From: Flectonema sp. DT1601
Lineage: Eukaryota
Direction of reading: 5' to 3'
Length of the DNA stretch: 64,000 bases
Assembly: GCA_964019425.1 (NCBI GenBank)
Contig: OZ025798.1
Span: forward strand, 744,001 to 808,000
Of the stretch, positions 55,749 to 64,000 are shown one piece after another. How positions within the stretch are numbered: position 1 is the stretch's first letter; every line of letters starts with the position of its first letter. Under the pieces are notes generated by a model, which was given only the letters and a program-made list of their open reading frames with translations, made no database searches and was not told the origin of the DNA. The translations under genes were made by a program, and so were the position numbers.

Positions 55749-56679
55749 ATGTCCGAATTAGAGCAACTACGAGAGGAGAACGCCAAATTGAAGGAAAAAA
55801 ATGAAAAGGTATGATAGTCTTTTATAAAAAAACAACAACAACACCAGCAGCAACAACAACCCAAACAGCTTGAACTTGAGCTCATGTGCAGGAGAGCGTT
55901 CTCAGAAAACCCCGACTTCGAAGATATGCACGAAAGACGTACCAACGCTGTATCAGTAGACATTCCTAATGTTGGTCAACGTGTTAAGGTAATTCACCCG
56001 GGTAGTAAATACAATAGCAATGATTTTAAAACTACATTTGCAGAATTCGCTGACGATTTCTCTGACGCCGTGGAAGCCAACGCCATGGGCAACATCGTTG
56101 CCAGTGCAGAGCATTTCAAAAAGAAAGGTACCTGGGTTTTCTTAGTCAGATTTGACAACAAAAAGTGTGTAGTCATGGCGCGTAAAGGTATCGAACCATC
56201 GTTGTGGGTTGGACAGACAGTTTCTGTTATCAACGTACGACACAAGTACACAGCTAAAGACTTTCAAGAGACCTTTCCTGGTAAGGCTTTAGTTAATACT
56301 TGTACTAACAGTCAGAGGGGAGTAGTTCTTCAGGTTGTTCCTCATTACAAGACAAGTAAATTAGAAGTATTCTTAGTAGCAATCAATTCAGGAGCTAAAT
56401 GTGTTGTTATGAACGGCAAGGGTCTGGCTCCTAGAGAACCAGCTGGCTACGCTCAATTCCTCCGTCAAAAAGAAGCCGCAGCAAAATCAGCAGAAGAAGC
56501 CGCAAAGAAGGCTGCAGAAACCCCAGCCGAAGAGAGCTCTGAGAAGAGAATGGTTTGCAATATTTTTTTTGAATTACCCCATCATCACAATTTCCATAAT
56601 ATATCACCAACTAAAACAGGCTGAGGAAGAACTTGAAGGCGATGTTAAAAAACAAAAAGAAGACGAAACCGAGGCGTAA
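55749..56679 (+). CDS. Protein with two tandem SH3/KOW-like repeats; exons 55749-55808, 55869-56552, 56620-56679
   Basis: Phase-0 introns 55809-55868 and 56553-56619 (GT..AAACAG). Internal repeat VGQRVKVI..KY..DF..TF..VFLV..KCVVMARKGIEP / VGQTVSVI..KY..DF..TF..VFLV..KCVVMNGKGLAP. Confidence 0.8.
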
Positions 56680-57209
56680 AATCAACCAAGTAGTTGTGCT
56701 TGGCAATAGTCTTTGCATGCCTTATATGAATCAGGTTTATCGCGGCTGCGACATGATTGTGGCATTGTCCACAAACCAATAATTTGTATGTTGGCTTGGC
56801 GAACAGAAAAAGGTTGCGAACAAAAAAAAAAAAAAAAAAAAACGACAAGTGAAAAAACGGAGGGAACAAAGAATAATAAATAACACAACGACATCTTATC
56901 ACCTCCTAGTTCTGTCCACAAACAGTACATGATGCTGTGGGATACCGTCTATAACAGTTCTGTAGTGTTTTTATAGCAACGCTTTGAGAACGAATCGTTT
57001 CATTGAATACGCAAGTACAATCTCATATTGAAGCAATGAATGATTATCGTTTATGTTTCTTACTCAGGGGGACCATCATGGAGGGTTACTGTCTCGTTAT
57101 CTAAATAGCTGTGTTGACATCGCGGTAATGATATCTTGTTTTTGACATGTTTTTTTTTTTTTTTTTTCTTCTTCCCTACAAGAATTCACAAAATTATGAA
57201 ATACGAGTA

Positions 57210-59468
57210 ATGCATCCAATGAAACCACCCACAACAGCACTTCAACTGCCGGTAACACCAATTAGAGTAGTGCCAGTACCAGCAGTGTTGCCTCCAATGG
57301 CTGAGATGCCGACTGTTGTAATGTCCCCACCTCCAATGTTAACACCTCAAAACGAAACAGTAAGAGCATTACAAGAACTTCAACTGCAGTATTTCGAACT
57401 ACAAACAGCTCATAATGACGTCATGGACACACAAGTCGCTCCTCTACAGGAACGATTAGCTGATGTCGCTGAGTTGCTTAATCAAGAGATGCTCGCAAAG
57501 AGAGGTCTCGACATCCTCCTCACTGAACGAGATAATGAGCTAAAAGTTTTAAATGACGTCCTTCAACGTCAAAAGTTAATGGAATACGTTTCAAAGAAAG
57601 CAAAGGAAGAACGGATTAACGAACTTGAAAAGAAAGTTCGATTTGATGAGCAATCAAAACAAGAACATGACGACCAGGGAGAACTCATAAGGGAATTACA
57701 AGCACAGATAAAAGCAAACGATAATAAAGTAATTCAAAGAAGGGTTCCACACGATGATGCAATTAACACTATGAAATACAGACGAAGTAATTCATCACGA
57801 GGGAGAGGAGGAGGAACATCCAGAGGCCGAGAATCACGAAGAGGTAGAACCAGAATGGAAGCTATTCGAAAAGAGCTAGTCCCAAAGAACACTGACACAG
57901 ACATTGAATCTGTTCAAACTGACCCACAGGCTTCAACTACTGTTCAGATGCTCTCAGATATCCAGCGTCAGAGTGAAGCCTCTCGCAAATCAGCGATCGA
58001 TGATAAAAATAAACTCCTCAACCTTATTAGTGATATGAGCGCTGATGGTGAACTTCATAGCGGGACACAAGTAATGATTGAAAATAATGTCAGCGTTGAC
58101 ACTGAGCTTCAACCAACTGCACCGGCACCAACACCACCTGCAGGACCGACTATTATAAATGATAGTAATACGAAAGAAGAACTAGCTGAAGTCTATGCCA
58201 AACTTAATGAAGCGATGCAGGAATTGAATGATCTTCAACAGAATTATGAAAAACTAACTGAAGACAGTCAGGTTGAGAAAGCTATGTTGGCTCAAGCAGT
58301 TGTTCAAGCAGAGGAGGAAGCAAAAGCTACAAAAGAAACTCTCGAGGAACAACAAGAATTACAAAATAATCAAATTAAAGAATCTGAAGACCAGAGAGAT
58401 CACTTTAAAGATGTTGACGAGGCTCATCAACAAGAGAAGGCTGCTTTACAAAAAATAATACAACAACTCCGAACAGCGTTAACGCAAGCTGCGTCGGATA
58501 ATCAAGACTTGGACAAGAGGAATATCTCTCTCAATAACGATGTTAGGAAATTAGCTGCTCAGTTATCGGAAGATAACAAAAAAAACGTATCAAATTCACA
58601 CGAATTAGACGACATCCGCATCCAACTACAACGTGCCCAGGCTGTCATAGCCTCACTGCACACTGATAATCAACAATACATTGATAGACTCCAGGAACTA
58701 GAGGCAACTCAACTCAAAGAAAACCTCTCAACGACATCAAAAATTGCAACCCTAAAGGGTGAGGGGGAATCTCTTTTAGCAGAGATACAACAACAGGAAT
58801 TAAAACAAATTCAGACGTTGGACAAACTCGCGAGCGCTTTATCTGAAAATGAAGCAATGGAACAGGAAATAAACGCATTAACAAAAAGTATTACTCAGGA
58901 AAGGCTTGCAGCAGACTCCGAGAGAAGGAGGGCAGATGAGAACGACATCGTTTCTGGAAGACTACGAGCTGAAGCACAACGAGCAAGATCTGACGTTGAA
59001 AAGTTACGATCAGAATTAGATCGACAGTCAGCTATATTTCCTGGTATCGAAGAGGCATTAAAGAGACACAGCGATGAGGTGACTTCGGTTCAGTTTGAGA
59101 AATCACGTCTGTCTCACACCATAGAAAAACAAACAGTTCTCTTGTCTGAGTCCCTCGAAGAGACATCTGCTCTTTCATCCCAAAATATAATCTTAACCGA
59201 AAAAGTTGTTTCACTAAAAGGTGTGAATGACTCCGTGCGGGCAGATCTTTCTGCAGCTCTCCAAGTCCAGCAGCGAACAGAAGCTCTTCTTGTTGAGGAA
59301 GAACATCGATCTGTTACTGCTGAAGCAGAACTTCGGAAATTAGAAATAAAATTTAAAGAAATTTCAGCGAAATCAGAAGAAATTTCACTTCACGTTGCGG
59401 CCCAGCGTCGGAATATGTCGCCAATTAGAGAAGCAGTTAGCAGAAGTAAGTTTCCACAGGCTGCTTAG
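57210..59468 (+). CDS. Coiled-coil protein with Pro-rich N-terminus and RG-rich patch
   Basis: Long ORF, likely ATG 57210; heptad-rich; SRGRGGGTSRGRESRRGR. Confidence 0.75.
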   Translation: MHPMKPPTTALQLPVTPIRVVPVPAVLPPMAEMPTVVMSPPPMLTPQNETVRALQELQLQYFELQTAHNDVMDTQVAPLQERLADVAELLNQEMLAKRGLDILLTERDNELKVLNDVLQRQKLMEYVSKKAKEERINELEKKVRFDEQSKQEHDDQGELIRELQAQIKANDNKVIQRRVPHDDAINTMKYRRSNSSRGRGGGTSRGRESRRGRTRMEAIRKELVPKNTDTDIESVQTDPQASTTVQMLSDIQRQSEASRKSAIDDKNKLLNLISDMSADGELHSGTQVMIENNVSVDTELQPTAPAPTPPAGPTIINDSNTKEELAEVYAKLNEAMQELNDLQQNYEKLTEDSQVEKAMLAQAVVQAEEEAKATKETLEEQQELQNNQIKESEDQRDHFKDVDEAHQQEKAALQKIIQQLRTALTQAASDNQDLDKRNISLNNDVRKLAAQLSEDNKKNVSNSHELDDIRIQLQRAQAVIASLHTDNQQYIDRLQELEATQLKENLSTTSKIATLKGEGESLLAEIQQQELKQIQTLDKLASALSENEAMEQEINALTKSITQERLAADSERRRADENDIVSGRLRAEAQRARSDVEKLRSELDRQSAIFPGIEEALKRHSDEVTSVQFEKSRLSHTIEKQTVLLSESLEETSALSSQNIILTEKVVSLKGVNDSVRADLSAALQVQQRTEALLVEEEHRSVTAEAELRKLEIKFKEISAKSEEISLHVAAQRRNMSPIREAVSRSKFPQAA

Positions 59469-59924
59469 GCACATCACTACGTATTTTTTGGTTGTAGTAG
59501 TATAAGGAAAGCATCTCTTCTCCTGTAGCAGTGTTTTCGTTTAATTTTTTTTTTTTGTTCTTCTCCGTCTTCAAAAAAAACCCCCCTTTCGATATTATTA
59601 GTAGCTCCGAAAAAAAAAACAACAACCCATAGCATCGTTGTTTAAGTATTAATGACTATTGGTATCAAGACAGTTATGATTCTGGCTTTGTTCAGCCTCC
59701 CTTTTTTTTTTGTGTTTAGTAAGTGAAAATTTTTGATAAATATAAGAGATAGTAGTTATTGGGCAGAGCTGCCCTTGTTGCTTAAGACAACCCAACGCAG
59801 ACTACTGTTTTTTTTTTTTTTTTTGATTGTATTTTTAACAAATTTCTGGTTTATATTGGGAACAAAAAATATATATTCGGGGATAGCAGAAGGGTAAAGT
59901 TTTGGCCCTCGTTTTTTTTCTTTT

Positions 59925-60155
59925 GTACCGATGTAGTTGGAGAAGAAACTATTCAGATTGAAAGCCGTTTATTTCTTATTAGTTCCCCCATAGTGTGCAC
60001 CATAGTTCACTGTATCCTTAACAGATTGTTAAATTATCGTTTTATGTTAATGAAATACAGAACAGTTGTATTTTATAAATTCAGGCGTTCAATTCAACTC
60101 CCCGTGCGACGGGATTCTGTCTGCGTTCGAAATATAAGGCTATTCTGAATGGTTT
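59925..60155. repeat. Fold-back/MITE-like element copy A
   Basis: AAACTATTCAGA..GCC at 59946 and GGC..TCTGAATGGTTT ending 60155; collinear with copy B. Confidence 0.65.
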
Positions 60156-61069
60156 TTTTTTTTTTTTTTTGTACCTACTGTTCAGTAGAAAGAGAATTTT
60201 GGCATCGGATTGTTGTAATAGTAGTTGTCACAAAAAAAAAAAAAAAAAGTAATGTCAAATAATATTTAATTTCTCTGTGCTGCCAGTATTGCGATCGATA
60301 AAGAATATAGTCTGGTGTTGAATAGTATTGAAAATAGCTTATCTTGCGATGAGACTTCTATCTATCTGGTAGAGAATGTAGCTAGGTACTTTTATACCAA
60401 ATCCAGAGGAGGAAAAAAAAAAAAACGGTGAAATGAATTGATAGGGGGGGGATTTTTACATGGCAACAAGGGTTTCAGGGTTGAGCCACATGCTGTTTTT
60501 ATATTTAATATCACTCGTTTTGATCTCTACATTGAGCGTAGGTAGTGTTCTCCTTGTACTTAGCGTAATGAAATAGTAAAGTGATTTAAAAAAAAAAAAA
60601 AAAAGCAGGTGGTTTTACCAATCGAGGGCATAAGCCCTTGAAAGATTTACGCCATGATATACGGCATCTAGCGTTTCAACTCTCAAAACAATTTCCCCCC
60701 TCTTTTTTTATTTTTATTTTTTCCCCCTTGTATCGTAGCAACAGCAACCAACAACTGTATTTATTTGTTCCGAATAGTTATTTATTTTTATTTAGATTCC
60801 CAAAACAATTTATATAATTCCTTTTTTTTTTTTTTTTTTTTTTAAAAAATGTTTTCTTTTCTCCCCTTCGATTACGTCTCATCTTCTTTTTAACAGGTTC
60901 AGGACACAAATATTTAATAATGCTTTTTTTTTTTTTTGTACCTACAAAAAACCTATTATTTCGGTAGAAAGAGAATCGTATCTGTTCCTTTATTAGGATT
61001 TTTTGTACCGGTTGCGCACAAACAGTGCCACCCCTGCAGTGCACGCACCAGACGTAGCGATCTTGCACT

Positions 61070-61133
61070 ACCCGTCGGGCCAAGGAGTCTAACACGTGTG
61101 CAAGGTTTAGGGTGTCAAACCCATAAGCCGCAC
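61070..61133 (+). pseudogene. LSU (28S-like) rRNA fragment, sense
   Basis: ACCCGTC-GGGCCAAGGAGTCTAACACGTGTGCAAG..GGTGTCAAACCC matches conserved ACCCGTCTTGAAACACGGACCAAGGAGTCTAAC with TTGAAACAC deleted; may extend upstream to about 61010. Confidence 0.8.
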
Positions 61134-61863
61134 AAAACAAAAAAGGTGATCCGATAACTGAAAAAAAAAAAATTAATGTGTTTCTTTTTTTTTTTTTCTA
61201 GTGTTGGGAATCTCTCTCTTTTGTGTATCATTCACCTGATATAAGTTTAGGTTTTTTATTGGTTACTGTCTTGTTTAGATAATTTCTTTTTTTTTTTTCC
61301 CTTCTTTTTTTGTGTCGTCTTTGTTTTCCTTTTTTTTAAAAAAAAAAAAAAAAAGTGCAGTTCCAGCATTAGGTAGACACCAAACGATCGTTATCTTAGT
61401 ACTCTCTTCATAATTTATAAATGTCTGGTTGGACGTTACGATCACTCTCTCTCTTTGACGAAAAATTAGCGTTATCAGTCGTCTCTAACACTGTCTGCTT
61501 GTTTCAGGTTGTTCTTTGTCTCTTATTGTCAGTGAGAGTCTCACGGTTAGTTGGTAGCAATTTAACTGTTACCCTGTTGAACTTTTCCTGATTTTTGGCT
61601 TCATAGGCTTCGTAAATAAATAAAAAAAAAAGAATTTATTTATAGTCACGATGTCATTAGCTGGACTGAGAATACGATTTCTGTCATTTCTAATAAAATT
61701 GATAAAAATATTTTTAATTTATTGTTGTCATAGTGAAGGAATACTAAAGAGTTATACTGCAAGTATACCTGACAAAGTGGAATCATAGAATTATCCCTTG
61801 GGATTAGGTTTATCCTTCTACCGCACCCTCGAAGAGCTACTCGGTTCTATTTGAACCATAGTT

Positions 61864-61991
61864 CCAGGCATAGTTCACCATCTTTCGGGTCACAACAGGT
61901 GTACTTCACCTCAAACCCTTTTCCAATAAATCGGGATCGGGCTGTGCTCCACCCCCAGGGGTTGGCACATAAAGTCCCTTTCAGTGTGGTC
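61864..61991 (-). pseudogene. LSU (28S-like) rRNA fragment, antisense
   Basis: The minus strand reads ..CTGTTGTGACCCGAAAGATGGTGAACTATGCCTG, the conserved LSU segment GACCCGAAAGATGGTGAACTATGCCTG. Confidence 0.88.
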
Positions 61992-62862
61992 TGACTGACT
62001 TGCTAGCTAGCTGCTAGCTAACTAGCTAAGTTATTCGTTCTCTTTGTAGTAGAAACATCGAACTCACACTCGTCGTTTCACTGGACTCGAGTTTGAAACT
62101 GATGTGACGTCCCTTCTTCATAATTCTATCATCTCATCGCATCTCTCTACAGTTATAACCAGCTTTCAGCAATTAATAACCAGAAAAAAATATATTATTT
62201 ATTGTACCTGCGATGATGTTTTCTGGCTTTTCATAGTATCAGTCGGCTTCCGTTCAGCTGATCGATCGTTCGTTCTTTGACAAAAGAAAGTTGCATTGCG
62301 CATCTCGCACTGGGATTTCCCCCTTTTACACTACTTTGATTCGTTTATTTTATTTTTAATTTTTATTCAGGTTTCTCATATCGAGTATTGTACTTTAATC
62401 AGCCGTGTTACTAACAGAAGACTGGGCTTTGGAGGAAGCTGATGCAAGCCTACTTGGCGGCGTCGTAGTTTTTTTTATACCTGTTTTATCGTGTTACATC
62501 ATTATTCTTTCATTTATTTATTTATTTATTTATTTCTACTTTCGTGGCTTCCCTGACTTCGATAAATAAATAATGAATAATTTCTAACTTTTTACGTTAA
62601 TAGCAAAATGGAAATTGCCACTCTTATTATCTTGGAAAGAATTTTTCTTTTCATTCACCTACCTGGGAACTGTTAACCAGATGTAGATGTGGTCAGTCAA
62701 GATTTCTCTGAGTCTTCACAGCACTCTTGGGTGACGATCTTATCTGATCTCCTTCACATTTTTTTTTGTGTGATGCAAGTGAAACAAAAAACTTAGTTTT
62801 GGGCAGCGTGCTTATAATTCTGATTTAGGAAAATGGTTCTTTTTTTTTTTTTTTTTTTTTTT

Positions 62863-63011
62863 GCACCGACAAAGTCGGAGAAAAAAAACTATTCAGATTT
62901 AAGAGCCGTTTTTATTTATTATATCAAAATGTTATCTATTTCCCCCGTGCGCCAGTAATACTGTCTGCGATCAACAAAAATATATATATGAAGGCTTTAT
63001 CTGAATGGTTT
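62863..63011. repeat. Fold-back/MITE-like element copy B
   Basis: Same order of motifs: G(T/C)ACCGA..(T/C)GGAGAA, AAACTATTCAGATT, AGCCGTTT, CCCCGTGCG, CTGTCTGCG, AAGGCT, TCTGAATGGTTT. Confidence 0.65.
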
Positions 63012-63337
63012 TTTTTTTTCTTTTTAAAAATTAATTATTACACGCAAACAAAGCCAAACTAGTTTTTTTTTCCTGTCGTTTGACATTTGATGTCAACCAA
63101 CAGTTTCACAGCTTATGAAAACACACAATTCAAAATGTCTCTTTTCTTGTCCGAACTGACAGAACCACAATGTCATTACAATGTTGTTAATACTTTACAA
63201 CGTAGATAATTAGATAAGGAATTATCACCCTAAATTCTTACAACCACCTGACTGGTATACCAACTTTCTTTATTGGCATTTGTGTTCCTGTTTTTTTTTT
63301 GCTATGTGAAAAGTGTCATTATTAGCTCGCCTAGAAA

Positions 63338-63369
<32 letters not shown>

Positions 63370-63459
63370 CCCCCCCCTTTTTTCTTTTTTCCTTTCTTTT
63401 TGTTGTTTTTTTTCTAAAGAAGAATATTCGCAACAAGACTTTGTAAACACCAACACAAT

Positions 63460-64000
63460 ATGACTCTCGCAGATCGCATTAAGACTAGACTTGACGGAGC
63501 AAAAGTTTCAATTGCTAACTCGCCATCTTATCACACGACTTTATCAGAGCTAATGGCTTTCATGGTTAAAGAAGGGAAGACAAAAGAGGTAATCGGTAAC
63601 GAGTTTGACAAATATATCCGCGCTGGTACCTTTGAGGCATTTTATCAGATGTCGACTGAGGAAGCAGCGAATGAGGCTGGGGGTGTTAGTATTCCATCTG
63701 GCAATAAGAAAAAGAATAACAAAAAGAAGAAGGAACAACAACCACAGCAGCAGCAACAACAACAACAACAACAGCAACAACAGCAGAAAAAGAACACGGC
63801 AGGTCAGAAAATCTTTCATCAAACTGCCGGGGGAGGTGTAGCTCAAGGAAATCAAAAAATATTTCAAAAAGCTGGAAAGGGTGCAGGTAGAGGAGGAGGT
63901 CGTGGAACTGTTATAACTTCTTCAACAACTGATTTGAGTAAGATTGAGAACAGAGTCATCGGAAAGGGAAGAGGTGTCGACCCTCGTACTGCAGGAGTCA
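63460..64000 (+). CDS. Protein with helical N-terminal domain, poly-Gln and RG-rich segment; 3' truncated by window edge
   Basis: ATG 63460, frame open to the end: MTLADRIKTRLDGAKV..LSELMAFMVKEGKTKEVIGNEF..QQQQ..GKGAGRGGGRG. Not in the ORF track because it has no stop in the window. Confidence 0.75.
   Translation, partial: MTLADRIKTRLDGAKVSIANSPSYHTTLSELMAFMVKEGKTKEVIGNEFDKYIRAGTFEAFYQMSTEEAANEAGGVSIPSGNKKKNNKKKKEQQPQQQQQQQQQQQQQQKKNTAGQKIFHQTAGGGVAQGNQKIFQKAGKGAGRGGGRGTVITSSTTDLSKIENRVIGKGRGVDPRTAGV

Noticed and set aside
56950..56975. Spliced-leader-like ACAGTTCTGTA
   Set aside because: Only a short gapped match, with no leader 5' part, donor or Sm site.
60100..62960. Group II intron hints (GTGCG, GAGCCG) and tracrRNA-like GCACCGA..GTCGG
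   Set aside because: Wrong order, no domain V stem, and no reverse transcriptase or RNA-guided nuclease ORF in the window.
63550..63867. Poly-Leu (-) and poly-Asn (+) ORFs
   Set aside because: Alternative readings of the poly-Gln tract of the gene starting at 63460.

Overview
AT-rich eukaryotic (protist) nuclear DNA in the standard genetic code. About 20 protein genes lie closely packed, all on the + strand, with short (58-84 nt) GT-AG introns and pyrimidine tract + AG sites shortly upstream of start codons. With the kinetoplastid-like Hsp60, this suggests a euglenozoan, probably diplonemid, directional gene cluster (inference). Genes in order: FtsH/YME1-type protease C-terminus, SET methyltransferase, membrane protein, HAD phosphatase, PIP-box protein, pseudokinase-TPR, Hsp60 (with an N gap), RPS23, Ser/Thr dehydratase, poly-His protein, Rho/Rac GTPase, a 6606-aa RNF213-like AAA+ protein, coiled-coil protein, 4-TM protein, delta-COP, coiled-coil protein, degenerate kinesin giant, tandem SH3-like protein, coiled-coil protein and a truncated Q/RG-rich gene. 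Non-coding features: two tandem arrays associated with box C/D snoRNA-like units antisense to SSU rRNA (4.45-5.2 kb; 14 copies at 40.3-42.1 kb), two LSU rRNA fragments in opposite orientation, and a small fold-back element family at 59.9-63.0 kb. The best candidate for a new system is the RNF213-like giant. It has an inserted SPRY/PDZ/SH3 cassette and ribosomal P-stalk-like motifs, and no visible RING or RZ finger. All family calls are by eye; no searches were run.
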